Of a stretch of 63,620 bases of DNA, positions 17,431-26,653 are shown piece after piece. Below the pieces are notes generated by a model that was not told the DNA's origin, made no database searches, and saw only the letters and a program-made list of their open reading frames with translations. Numbering within the stretch: position 1 is the first letter of the stretch; each line of letters begins with the position of its first letter. Position numbers and translations under genes: made by a program. Source of the DNA: Candidatus Kerfeldbacteria bacterium (GTDB lineage: Bacteria > Patescibacteriota > Patescibacteriia > SBBC01 > CAIJZX01). The stretch spans positions 1 through 63,620 of the forward strand of contig CAIJZX010000032.1 of the NCBI GenBank assembly GCA_903825245.1. The letters run 5' to 3'.

Positions 17431-18288
17431 TTATGGCTTTCTAACAGTATTAAAAATGTAGATGATAATGAATAGTGCATTGCCCGCGTAACTTGAACGA
17501 AGAACAAGGTTGTTCATGGTCGTGAAATTAGACAACGATCGTCCAGATTTTTGCAACCAGAGATAGCAAAAAAGGATAACCGCAAGAAAATATGCTCCCA
17601 GGATAGCTAGTGCGTACCATGGTTGGCCAGAAACGATAAACGTGGCAAACAAAAGTATGCCCGCCACACTCATCAGAATAGCTGCACTACCCAGGGTGAC
17701 TCGTTCACCGTAAAGCACGGTAATGGATATATCGCCACGCGATCGATCTTCTTCGCGCTGATGTATTTGGGTCATCAAGTAAATTGAGGCTAAGAATAAA
17801 CCAGCTGTTATGCCTCCGAGAAAAAATATCGCGGCTGTTGGATGGACAAATGACGTAGCCACAAGGAAGGTCATTACACCGAGAATAAAGTTAAAGACAA
17901 CCGCCACATAACCATTGGCCTTGAATCGAAATTTCTTGTGAGAATACAAAACCGATAGAAGGACTGTAACAGCGTAGACTATCAAGAACAGTGGCGGCAG
18001 CAGCGCGGTCATTACAAGTCCTGCAAGTTTTAACACCCATGCCCCGACGAGCATGGCCGGAGTCGTGGCGGGAGGCCGAGGTAAACCAGCAACCGCCCCC
18101 TTATCTTTATCGTAATACGAATTATAGACAGCAATGCCGGAACACAAGAAAAACCAGGCAACACAACCACCAACAACGAGCAATGAAAACTCTACGTGGC
18201 CAACCGTTAGCCCGAAAAGAAAGCCCAGCAAAACAAATGATTGTAATCGCCACCTCATATGGATTAGCACCCGCTGGACTTCATTCAT
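17431..18288 (-). CDS. UbiA-family prenyltransferase-like membrane protein
   Basis: About 8 TM helices; N..YD.D-type motif (YNSYYDKDKG) in the first cytoplasmic loop. Confidence 0.5.
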   Translation of the reverse strand: MNEVQRVLIHMRWRLQSFVLLGFLFGLTVGHVEFSLLVVGGCVAWFFLCSGIAVYNSYYDKDKGAVAGLPRPPATTPAMLVGAWVLKLAGLVMTALLPPLFLIVYAVTVLLSVLYSHKKFRFKANGYVAVVFNFILGVMTFLVATSFVHPTAAIFFLGGITAGLFLASIYLMTQIHQREEDRSRGDISITVLYGERVTLGSAAILMSVAGILLFATFIVSGQPWYALAILGAYFLAVILFCYLWLQKSGRSLSNFTTMNNLVLRSSYAGNALFIIIYIFNTVRKP

Positions 18289-18446
18289 ACGTACAAGTCA
18301 ATAATCCTAATACAAACAAGGCAATGGTACAACAACTCGGCGATAAAAAGTATCGGTGGTTTCGGAATAGTTTTGTGGTGGCCCTAGTGGGAGAACGCTG
18401 GAATCAGCTTATGGAGGAAATAAGACGCTTCGCTTTTCTAGGCCGC

Positions 18447-18860
18447 CTATTTAATGGTGAAATGAGTGTCTGGGGTGACGAAGGCGCTAAACTCCGTTCC
18501 AGCCTGGACTCGAACCCGATATGTTCCAGGACTAAGTGTTAATGCCCAATCAAATGTTCCTATGTTTGATGGCAAAGTAAAACTTCGTTGTAGTACCAGG
18601 TTGTTTGAGGAATCAAATACCCGCAGGTCTGCATCTGTGGGAACTAACTGGTATTTGATTACCACATGAACGGGGCTTGTCGTTACCGCAAAGTCTTTCG
18701 GACTAACTATCTTAATTGGGCTGAAGTTTAAAAAAAAGAATACTAATCCAATAATAATCACTCCAACAATTCCCGCAAGAATAAGAAATTTTTTCCATTG
18801 TGCTTTTTTATCGAGCCTGCTTGTTTTGAATTTATCCATAGACGTAATTAATCTGTGCAC
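18447..18860 (-). CDS. Membrane-anchored hypothetical protein (beta-rich ectodomain)
   Basis: Single N-terminal TM helix; no family recognised. Confidence 0.45.
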   Translation of the reverse strand: MHRLITSMDKFKTSRLDKKAQWKKFLILAGIVGVIIIGLVFFFLNFSPIKIVSPKDFAVTTSPVHVVIKYQLVPTDADLRVFDSSNNLVLQRSFTLPSNIGTFDWALTLSPGTYRVRVQAGTEFSAFVTPDTHFTIK

Positions 18861-18913
18861 TACCGTTAAGTATAGAGTAAGCCGCTATCGGTAGCAATGC
18901 GCTACTGTGTTTC

Positions 18914-18988
18914 TGGTAGCCCCACGGGGAATCGAACCCCGATTACCGGCTTGAAAAGCCGATGTCCTAACCGTTAGACGATGAGGCC
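18914..18988 (-). tRNA. tRNA-Glu (anticodon UUC), CCA encoded
   Basis: Reverse complement GGCCTCATCGTCTAACGGTTAGGACATCGGCTTTTCAAGCCGGTAATCGGGGTTCGATTCCCCGTGGGGCTACCA folds as a cloverleaf with anticodon loop TTTTCAA. Confidence 0.88.
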
Positions 18989-19064
18989 AAAATGTATCGA
19001 TGTATCGAAAAACCTCGCCGAGTGTAGCGTATATTCACCTTTACGTCAATGATTCTTACTTGTT

Positions 19065-19637
19065 CTAGACTACCTTGGATCGGTTAACCACTGCCGTGGT
19101 AACTATCGACATACCAATCGACAGAACCAACCCTACCAACCACACCGCAAGTGCCATCGTACCTAGATTATCGATCCGTCGTTCGGTCTCTGTTAGCGAC
19201 CGCCCGACAATAACAAAGATGTTGCCGTTTTTTACTGACTGAATAACGGTCGCCAAGCGGACGCCTTTCTTCGGTTGCCAGGTAGTTCGGTTCTGATCGT
19301 TCTTTGTCGCCAATAAAGTTCCGGTTGGTGGAACGCGCTTAGTGCCGTCGAGTATCGCGTTCGAGGCAATGACGTTACCACTAATATCAGCGATAGTAAT
19401 AAATATTCCTGAGTTAGTGGCCAAATCAATGGCCTGTAGTGGAACAAGCGCAGATGGTTCAGTGCCAGCGGCAATTTTTGTCGCGACTTCATCAGCCGTT
19501 TGAATCTGCGGATCGTTGGCCGCCATACGATAGCCCTGCTGACCAACCACATACACCAACAGCGTCAGCGCAGTAAACACAATAGCCAGCGGAAGCCATT
19601 GAAATGTCGCCGTGAGAAAGTCCTTTTTTCCAATCAT
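19065..19637 (-). CDS. Hypothetical protein with two TM helices flanking an extracytoplasmic domain
   Basis: Topology only. Confidence 0.45.
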   Translation of the reverse strand: MIGKKDFLTATFQWLPLAIVFTALTLLVYVVGQQGYRMAANDPQIQTADEVATKIAAGTEPSALVPLQAIDLATNSGIFITIADISGNVIASNAILDGTKRVPPTGTLLATKNDQNRTTWQPKKGVRLATVIQSVKNGNIFVIVGRSLTETERRIDNLGTMALAVWLVGLVLSIGMSIVTTAVVNRSKVV

Positions 19638-19723
19638 AATAGTAGACTACCACGCCGTACTTGACTTATTCAAGGGTTACGCTAGGATGATATCATATTG
19701 ATATCACTCACTCATTTATCCCT

Positions 19724-20590
19724 ATGATCCAAGAAAAGCCGGCTTCTGCGTTTAATGGTTGGTTGATGGTTATCGTCTTACCGCTCGTCATGATCGCTTC
19801 CGGACTCGGCGTTGCCTATACCGTGAAAGGAAACAACGCTTGGGGCTTGTTGTTCGTGGTGCTCATTGTTATCGCCGCGTTTTGCATGAATGGTTTCTTT
19901 GTGGTCAATCCAAACATGGCTACTGTCACGACCGTCTTCGGGAGCTACGCCGGTTCGGTGAAAACACCGGGATTTTGGTGGATGAATCCATTTTCGGTCA
20001 AGCGGCACCTGTCATTAAAAGTTCGGAACTTTGAAAGTGGTCATCTCAAGGTCAACGACCACGAGGGGAATCCGGTTGAGATCGCGGCGATCGTTGTGTG
20101 GAAAGTTGTCGAAACAGCTGAGGCGCTTTTCAATGTCGAGAACTACGAGGATTTCGTTCGCGTCCAAAGCGAGTCCGCCATCCGTAATATGGCCAGCACC
20201 TATCCGTACGACTCACACCAAGAAACTGTTTTATCCCTGCGCGGCAACACGAACGAAGTCGCAGATAACCTCAAGCACGAAATTCACCAGCGCCTAGAAA
20301 AAGCCGGCATCGAAATTGTTGAGGCGCGTATTTCGCACCTCGCCTACGCGCCGGAAATCGCCGGCACCATGTTGCGCCGTCAACAAGCGAACGCCATCAT
20401 CGCCGCTCGCACCCGCATCGTTGAGGGCGCCGTCTCAATGGTCGAAATGGCGCTCGATAAACTGGAAGAAGGCGGCAAGGTCAAGCTCGACGATGAACGT
20501 AAGGCGTCGATGGTCAGCAACTTGCTCGTCGTTCTCACCAGCGACCGCGATGCTCAGCCGATCGTGAACACTGGCACGCTGTACCAGTAA
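19724..20590 (+). CDS. SPFH/band-7 (stomatin-prohibitin-like) domain protein
   Basis: N-terminal TM helices plus SPFH core (...[19 protein letters not shown]...[12 protein letters not shown]...). Confidence 0.75.
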   Translation: MIQEKPASAFNGWLMVIVLPLVMIASGLGVAYTVKGNNAWGLLFVVLIVIAAFCMNGFFVVNPNMATVTTVFGSYAGSVKTPGFWWMNPFSVKRHLSLKVRNFESGHLKVNDHEGNPVEIAAIVVWKVVETAEALFNVENYEDFVRVQSESAIRNMASTYPYDSHQETVLSLRGNTNEVADNLKHEIHQRLEKAGIEIVEARISHLAYAPEIAGTMLRRQQANAIIAARTRIVEGAVSMVEMALDKLEEGGKVKLDDERKASMVSNLLVVLTSDRDAQPIVNTGTLYQ

Positions 20591-20592
20591 TC

Positions 20593-20772
20593 GTGGCCGA
20601 AAAGAAACAAAAATCATTTCTGTTGCGCGTCGACCAGGAAACCCTGGCGACGTTGCAGCATTGGGCGGATGAAGAGTTTCGCAGTTTAAACGGACAAATT
20701 GATTGGCTGCTCCACGAGGCACTCAAACGTCACGGCCGCAATAACAAACAAACACGGAGGTCGCATGGCTAA
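20593..20772 (+). CDS. Arc/MetJ-type ribbon-helix-helix protein, 59 aa (not in ORF track)
   Basis: GTG 2 nt after the SPFH stop; KSFLLRVDQETLATLQHWADEEFRSLNGQIDWLLHEALKRHGR matches the Arc-like RHH pattern. Confidence 0.6.
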   Translation: MAEKKQKSFLLRVDQETLATLQHWADEEFRSLNGQIDWLLHEALKRHGRNNKQTRRSHG

Positions 20773-21973
20773 AACCCATCAGCCACACCTTAACCTCCTG
20801 CGCGGAAAGCAACGGGCGGAAAAAAGGAAACGTGTCTTAGCAAAGCCGTGGAAAATTGTCATTGGTATTGTGCTTGGCATCGCCTTGCTCGGCGCGGGTT
20901 ACGCTGGCGTCTTATTCGTCGGACAATATGCGATTAACCACCACCTGACGGATGTGGCCGGCGTGGTTGATCCCAATAGCGATGCCTATAACACCTTAGC
21001 TCGGTCGCTCCTAAATATTCCGCTCGAACAACTCCATTTGCCCGGCGTTGACTCACGCGATGACGGCGCAAAAAAATTCGCCGCCGCACAAGACACTTGC
21101 CAACTACAAACCGTACGCTTAACCTACCCGATTAACGCCGAGAAAATCTCCGCTGCGCAAACCGCCGGTGCGGCACACAATATTATCGCCAAAATGTTGT
21201 TCGCTGTTCGATTGCGTGATACAGACCCCGCGTTTGTCGCTTCGTTTGATGGGTGTATAACAGCTCCTAACCAATCAGCTCCAACAACGCTCGTGCTCCA
21301 CACTGATAATATTTTTCCTTGGGCGAATCGTGAAGAGTGGGGAATCGCCCAAACCGGTTTCTCACGCGACGTGAAAACTATTGATAAAGCCGCTGATGCC
21401 AGCGATATTGAGGCACGTATGATTGTCGCTACCGGCTTTGTCGAACAAATGCGTTTGTATTTTACTGAGCGCGAAGTCTACGAAAAGTTCTTCAAGCCAC
21501 TGCGCGTCCTCGGCAATGCGACGCAGTTCGCTTGGGGCATCATGTCCATCAAGGAAGCTGATGCGATTGACGTGGAAAACCACCTCAACACCCGGACATC
21601 GCCGTACTACCTCGGCACGGATAAAGAACACCTGCTTGATTTTACGAGTGACGATAAAACAAAAGAGCGCATGACACGACTAACTGATGAAAAAAATCAT
21701 TACTACTCGTATCTTTACGGCGGGTTGCAGTTAGCACAATTCATGGCGCAATGGAAAAGGGCCAACTTCCCGATTAATGATCGCCCGGAGGTGCTCGCCA
21801 CACTGTATAACATCGGGTTTGGCAAATCAAAACCAAACGCCGATCCGAAGGTTGGCGGCTCAACGCTGACGATTGCCGATACACAATATACCTTCGGGGC
21901 ATTAGCTTTTGAGTTCTATTACTCCGGGGAAATGCTTGATGTATTTCCGTATACGACAACCACGGCGCAATAG
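20765..21973 (+). CDS. Membrane-anchored hypothetical protein (402 aa)
   Basis: ATG after ACGGAGG RBS (internal Met of ORF 20699..21973); one TM helix; no family recognised. Confidence 0.55.
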   Translation: MAKTHQPHLNLLRGKQRAEKRKRVLAKPWKIVIGIVLGIALLGAGYAGVLFVGQYAINHHLTDVAGVVDPNSDAYNTLARSLLNIPLEQLHLPGVDSRDDGAKKFAAAQDTCQLQTVRLTYPINAEKISAAQTAGAAHNIIAKMLFAVRLRDTDPAFVASFDGCITAPNQSAPTTLVLHTDNIFPWANREEWGIAQTGFSRDVKTIDKAADASDIEARMIVATGFVEQMRLYFTEREVYEKFFKPLRVLGNATQFAWGIMSIKEADAIDVENHLNTRTSPYYLGTDKEHLLDFTSDDKTKERMTRLTDEKNHYYSYLYGGLQLAQFMAQWKRANFPINDRPEVLATLYNIGFGKSKPNADPKVGGSTLTIADTQYTFGALAFEFYYSGEMLDVFPYTTTTAQ

Positions 21974-22034
21974 AAAAACCTGACCAACGCCGCCTCAGTC
22001 GACAATCTGCTCAAAAATACTATCGTAGCCCCCA

Positions 22035-22835
22035 CTATGCTTCCGTCGTTGGTTTTGCCAGCATTACTGCGAATAAAATGCTTTGCGTGTTTTTGCTAAC
22101 GGAAAGAGTGTTCCGGTCAATCTCTATTGAGGATTCATGTTGGACGATCCCTCGGTATTCATTGTTGAGCACCAGCGCATTTTCCAAAATATAACACAGT
22201 TCTAAAAAACTGCTCTCATTGTTGTAGTGCTTGCTGGTCGCGGCATTCTTTCGAAAGAAGTCGACAAAAAACGATCTCATCGCGCTAATGCCCTGATCGG
22301 TTGGTAAACCTTTTGGCGCAAGATGGTGTGCCCAAATAACCATTTTTGGCGACAAGGCGGAAATATTTTTTCGTACAGACTCTCGCGGCGCATTGTCTGT
22401 GGAATCTGTCTTCGGCGGGGAAATAAAAAGAATGTCCGGCTGGCCCAGTTCTTGTAGCTGTTGAGCTGTCAGTACATGTGCGTTATCAGCCAAATGCATA
22501 AACCGAACGCCGTCGACGGTATAATGGTAGGCAATATTCACGTCGCCGTTCCACTCATACACCACCGTTCCTCGAAGATCTAGCCCAGGAAATGGGTCAC
22601 TGTTCGGTTTTGTTGTGGGAGCGTTTTCCAGCCAATCGCCCGGCGCATTGGCATGATCGGCGTCCGGTTCGGACATTAACACAATATTTGCCCCCATCGG
22701 TTTTCCAGCAAACACCTTGGGGAATGACAAACCTAAACTCCACTCCGGCGCATCATTAAACGGATCGACTAGAACACGAAAACCCTGATCGTTTTCGATC
22801 ATGAACGACGACAGTCCGATAAAGTGAATTTTCAT
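22035..22835 (-). CDS. Hypothetical protein, possibly MBL-fold-like with a degenerate metal motif
   Basis: MKIHFIGLSSFMIEN...VLVDPF... and SEPDADH in place of HxHxDH; start at the internal ATG 22835. Confidence 0.35.
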   Translation of the reverse strand: MKIHFIGLSSFMIENDQGFRVLVDPFNDAPEWSLGLSFPKVFAGKPMGANIVLMSEPDADHANAPGDWLENAPTTKPNSDPFPGLDLRGTVVYEWNGDVNIAYHYTVDGVRFMHLADNAHVLTAQQLQELGQPDILFISPPKTDSTDNAPRESVRKNISALSPKMVIWAHHLAPKGLPTDQGISAMRSFFVDFFRKNAATSKHYNNESSFLELCYILENALVLNNEYRGIVQHESSIEIDRNTLSVSKNTQSILFAVMLAKPTTEA

Positions 22836-22954
22836 ATATGGGATTCGAAAGTGTGTATATGTTAATAATAGCACATGGCGTTCCCGCATACCGCAACAGC
22901 AATACCATAGAAAAAGAGCCAACGATATGTTGTTGGCTCTCATGACAAACGAGG

Positions 22955-23338
22955 TTAGTCGTTTGTCCCATCGGGAATGTCCGGGAAGCGGAGCTTGAGT
23001 TTCTCTACAATATCGTAGAGCGTTACAAACTCGCTCGCCCTCCACTCGCCATCCAGAAAATCCTGGACAGTCAGTGCGACACCCGGTTGCTTTGGCTGAT
23101 CGTTAGGATTCAGCCCGAGCAACTCCTGCGCCTCGGACACCGAATATCCAAACCCAATCAGCTCTCGAGCAATGATTCGCCGGAGAATAAACCGCCGATA
23201 CGAGTATGGGCCGGTTGTCAGAAGGGTTGGTTGAATATCAACCAACGACGGGGAACCTTTTTGGTTCTCCAGGTATTCCTGCGGCACGCCGCCCCAGAAC
23301 ATCCGACAGAAGAAGTCGGAAATCTTCTCGTGGAGCAT
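22955..23338 (-). CDS. Hypothetical protein (127 aa)
   Basis: ATG 23338 preceded by AAGGAGGAA RBS. Confidence 0.5.
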   Translation of the reverse strand: MLHEKISDFFCRMFWGGVPQEYLENQKGSPSLVDIQPTLLTTGPYSYRRFILRRIIARELIGFGYSVSEAQELLGLNPNDQPKQPGVALTVQDFLDGEWRASEFVTLYDIVEKLKLRFPDIPDGTND

Positions 23339-23483
23339 TGTTTCCTCCTTTGTAAGGAACGTTTCGAGTCGCGACGATCGCAACCCGATATTGTGTTTTC
23401 AGTCTGAACCGACAACTCCTCGTTCTCGGTTCGGATCGAAAGGCTAACTCGCTGGTTAGCCTTGTTTCGAAAGTGCGTGGCGC

Positions 23484-23807
23484 TCATCCTCCGATATAAT
23501 CGGAGCATCGCGCCCGTAGAGCGGCCGCCACCTCGGCCTCAGTCACCTCTTTGGTCGCGACCCATCCCTCGCCGATAATTTCCTCGTCGAGGTAGAAGCC
23601 ACGATCCTGCGGGTGTTTCGGTATCCAAGCGGAGGGGATCCGCAGGATGTTCCGCACCTGCTTCATGTCATAACCCGCCATGAGCAGCAGCACCGGAACA
23701 CAGCACCCCGCCAGAGTGGAACTGCCCGGAATTGCAACCGCCCCACCTAGGGGACCAACCAACGCCGACAGGCAGGCGAGAGCGGCCTTATACTGATCCT
23801 TATTCAT
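23484..23807 (-). CDS. Hypothetical protein (107 aa) with Gly/Ala-rich hydrophobic N-terminal half
   Basis: ATG preceded by ACGGAGGAAG RBS. Confidence 0.5.
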   Translation of the reverse strand: MNKDQYKAALACLSALVGPLGGAVAIPGSSTLAGCCVPVLLLMAGYDMKQVRNILRIPSAWIPKHPQDRGFYLDEEIIGEGWVATKEVTEAEVAAALRARCSDYIGG

Positions 23808-23909
23808 GCTTCCTCCGTTGTTCGGGTTGTTGTAAGGTGCGTGGTCGTTTTGTTTAACGTAGAAGTATACTCCTAGTATATGAAATTGTCAACGATTAGT
23901 GGCTAATTA

Positions 23910-23938
23910 TTGACAATTTCCTGATGTTCGTATATACT
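23910..23938 (+). promoter_or_regulatory. Near-consensus promoter TTGACA-N17-TATACT overlapping a 9-bp inverted repeat
   Basis: TTGACA 23910-23915, TATACT 23933-23938; AATTGTCAA (23884-23892) pairs with TTGACAATT (23910-23918). Confidence 0.6.
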
Positions 23939-23977
23939 GTATATACATTTCGTCTTTCTTTTCGCTTATCTTAGCCC

Positions 23978-24757
23978 ATGGTCAATATCGAGGACATCAA
24001 GAAATCCCTCTATAGTTCGCTCCAAGAGCTCGGTTTAGGCGAAGCCGAGTCGTTGCTCTATATGACTTCGCTGGCGTTAGGGCCGACAACGATTGCCGAT
24101 TTGGCGACCCACCTCGGTATGGCGCGGCCGAATGTCTATAAGGTGATTGAGCAACTCGAAAAGCATGGCTTAGCAAAATTCACCGATCGCCCGAAGTTTG
24201 TACGGACATTTGTTGTTGAAGCGCCGACAAAACTACTTGAACTGGTGCGGCAGAAGCGTGATGCTATGGCCGGGCTCAACCATGCGTTGGTAGCGGTCAT
24301 GCCGGATTTACTCGCCGCTTTTCATCAGGGCGAAACGCCGACCAATGTCCGAATTATGCAGGGGAAAGAGCAATACTTGAAGGTGTTTTTTTCCATGCTC
24401 GATGAAGCGAAAGATGAAATTCAATTCTTTGGATCCGCCGCAGACTTTATTGGTTTTGTTTCATGGGCTGAGGAACGAACATGGATTAAAGAGCGCATGA
24501 GGCGGGGAATTCGGATGCGATCATTACTCTTGCCGAGCGCTGATACGGAAACACTGAAAAAAGATGACCAACAAGAAATGCGCGAGACGCGGGTAATGAA
24601 CAGCGCGGCACCATTCGTGACATCGTTTCAGCTCTTTGCCAATAAAGTATTGATCTGGCAGCCGAAAGCATCGCTTGCGATTCTGGTTGAGGACGAGTAT
24701 ATTGTGCAAATGTTACGAAGTATTTTTGAAATGATGTGGGGCGCGTCAGCTCTATGA
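23978..24757 (+). CDS. TrmB-family transcriptional regulator
   Basis: N-terminal wHTH ...LGLGEAESLLYMTSLALGPTTIADLATHLGMARPNVYKVIEQLEKHGL. Confidence 0.7.
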   Translation: MVNIEDIKKSLYSSLQELGLGEAESLLYMTSLALGPTTIADLATHLGMARPNVYKVIEQLEKHGLAKFTDRPKFVRTFVVEAPTKLLELVRQKRDAMAGLNHALVAVMPDLLAAFHQGETPTNVRIMQGKEQYLKVFFSMLDEAKDEIQFFGSAADFIGFVSWAEERTWIKERMRRGIRMRSLLLPSADTETLKKDDQQEMRETRVMNSAAPFVTSFQLFANKVLIWQPKASLAILVEDEYIVQMLRSIFEMMWGASAL

Positions 24758-25341
24758 AAATTCTTCGACCATTAACCGACGCCGAGGTGGTCTCAGCGTT
24801 TATTCGTGCTGAACTATCGTCGCCACGCTTCCGAAAAAATATGTTGACTCACGCTACTGGGCTTGGCGTAACAGAGGTTGAACTACTCGATTCAAGCACT
24901 GCTGACAACCAGCTTAACATCAAGCGTCGGAACGTTTTAGTTCACGCCCGGCCGGGGATTATGAAAACATTACCGACCGATGTTGTGTGGCAAGAAGTGC
25001 TGTTCTCTGTTGAAGAGTGGTCGCGAATCCAATATATCAACGATGAGCCGTGGGTTGTTTTTTCCGATAACACGAGGCTTGTTGCTCGCGGCGCGGCCAA
25101 AGCTACACAAGAATCAGATAGAACAATTCATCAGCGGGTGGTAGAAATACACGAAAAACTTCAGCGCGGTAAAAAAATAGAAAAGATTATCCTCTTGGCC
25201 GATCCAAAATTAACAAAGATTGTCGTAGTCGAAGGCCATGTCCGAGCTACAAGCTATCTTGCGCTTGATCAGGTATCTATGGTAAAGATTCCCATCATTC
25301 TTGGTGTTTCTCAGCATCCGGAAACATGGTCACTTTACTAA
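24754..25341 (+). CDS. Hypothetical protein (195 aa)
   Basis: ATG overlaps the TrmB stop (ATGA); no family recognised. Confidence 0.5.
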   Translation: MKILRPLTDAEVVSAFIRAELSSPRFRKNMLTHATGLGVTEVELLDSSTADNQLNIKRRNVLVHARPGIMKTLPTDVVWQEVLFSVEEWSRIQYINDEPWVVFSDNTRLVARGAAKATQESDRTIHQRVVEIHEKLQRGKKIEKIILLADPKLTKIVVVEGHVRATSYLALDQVSMVKIPIILGVSQHPETWSLY

Positions 25342-25342
25342 T

Positions 25343-26374
25343 ATGAGGGTTCTCGGTATTGAAACATCCTGCGACGACACGGCGATCGGCATCGTGTCCT
25401 CCGCGAATAAGAAAATTGCCATTGAAGCGAGCGTTACCGCTTCACAAGTATTAACACACCGTAAATATGGCGGCGTGGTGCCCGAAATTGCCGCGCGCGA
25501 ACATGCACTAACAATTCTTCCAACCATCGCCGCGGCCATGAAATCGGCGAAGGTGGGGTGGAAAGATATTGACGCTTTGGCAGTCACCGGTGGGCCGGGC
25601 TTAAACACGGCGTTACTTGTCGGCGTAGAAACAGCGCGAACAATTAGTTATACGCTCAACAAGCCCGTGGTGCGAGTAAATCACATCGAGGGGCATGTCG
25701 TCAGTTCGTGGGCATCGCCAAACGTAGGAACCATTCGTTTTCCGGCGGTAGCACTTATTGTTTCCGGTGGCCATACCGAGCTCATTCTCGTTAAAGACTT
25801 CGGAAAGTACACACTGCTCGGCCGCACCGTTGATGACGCAGTCGGGGAGGCGTTTGATAAGGTGGCAAAAATACTGGGACTTCAGTATCCGGGCGGACCG
25901 GAAATTGCTCGACGTGCGATGCTTGGCAATCCGAATGCATTTCTCTTTCCTCGCGCCTTCATGAAACAAGGAAGCCTTGATTTTAGCTACTCCGGATTAA
26001 AAACATCGGTATTGTATGCCTTACAAAAACAGCGAAACGTTACGCCCACGTTGGTGAATGATATGGCTGCGAGTTTCCAGGTGGCCGCGATTGCGCCGTT
26101 GATTGCAAAAACTCGTTGGGCGGCAGAAAAAGTTGGTGCAAAAACTATTTTGCTCGGCGGTGGTGTTGCGGCAAACGCCATGCTGCGCGAGAAACTACAA
26201 AACATGGTTACAACCGAGTTGCCGGAAACCCGGTTCGTTCCACCGGTACTGTCGCTGTGTATGGATAACGGCATCATGATTGCTATTGCCGGTACATTTC
26301 GTGCGCAGAAAAAAGACTTTACGCCGTGGAAAAAATTATCCGCTGATCCGGGATGGGAATTAGTTGACAGATAA
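25343..26374 (+). CDS. tsaD: tRNA N6-adenosine threonylcarbamoyltransferase TsaD (Kae1/Gcp family)
   Basis: MRVLGIETSCDDTA..., HIEGH, SGGHTEL, GGGVAAN motifs. Confidence 0.92.
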   Translation: MRVLGIETSCDDTAIGIVSSANKKIAIEASVTASQVLTHRKYGGVVPEIAAREHALTILPTIAAAMKSAKVGWKDIDALAVTGGPGLNTALLVGVETARTISYTLNKPVVRVNHIEGHVVSSWASPNVGTIRFPAVALIVSGGHTELILVKDFGKYTLLGRTVDDAVGEAFDKVAKILGLQYPGGPEIARRAMLGNPNAFLFPRAFMKQGSLDFSYSGLKTSVLYALQKQRNVTPTLVNDMAASFQVAAIAPLIAKTRWAAEKVGAKTILLGGGVAANAMLREKLQNMVTTELPETRFVPPVLSLCMDNGIMIAIAGTFRAQKKDFTPWKKLSADPGWELVDR

Positions 26375-26399
26375 TAATTTATATCGTAGTCTCACAGCA

Positions 26400-26640
26400 A
26401 CGCGCAACGACTCCGACCTCATGTCATCGGACGAGTGCTGGGAAGATGCCGTCCTGAGCAAGACAAAGGGGCTCGGTTGACGGAAGTAGAACCCAAAAAG
26501 AAAAAGTGCCCCCACACCAATCGGAATGAACCAGACAATGTCGTTCAAGGTTATCATCAAGCCGATTGGTGTGGGGGAATTCAGGTGGTACCACCGAATT
26601 CCAAAAATGGAATATCGGCCCTGAGCTGAGCAACTATCGT
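26400..26640 (+). promoter_or_regulatory. T-box-like leader upstream of valS
   Basis: AATTCAGGTGGTACCACCG (26578-26596) resembles the T-box consensus AANNNGGGTGGTACCGCG. Antiterminator-like fold: TTCAGG/CCTGAG helix, 7-nt bulge TGGTACC, then helix 26594-26618. Preceded by a 16-bp perfect stem (26509-26524 / 26562-26577). Confidence 0.5.
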
Positions 26641-26653
26641 GCTTTGTCTCTTT

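Noticed and set aside
17991-18542. 183-aa plus-strand ORF
   Set aside because: It is antisense to the UbiA-like gene and the following gene, has a Gln/Arg-rich low-complexity composition, and has no RBS.
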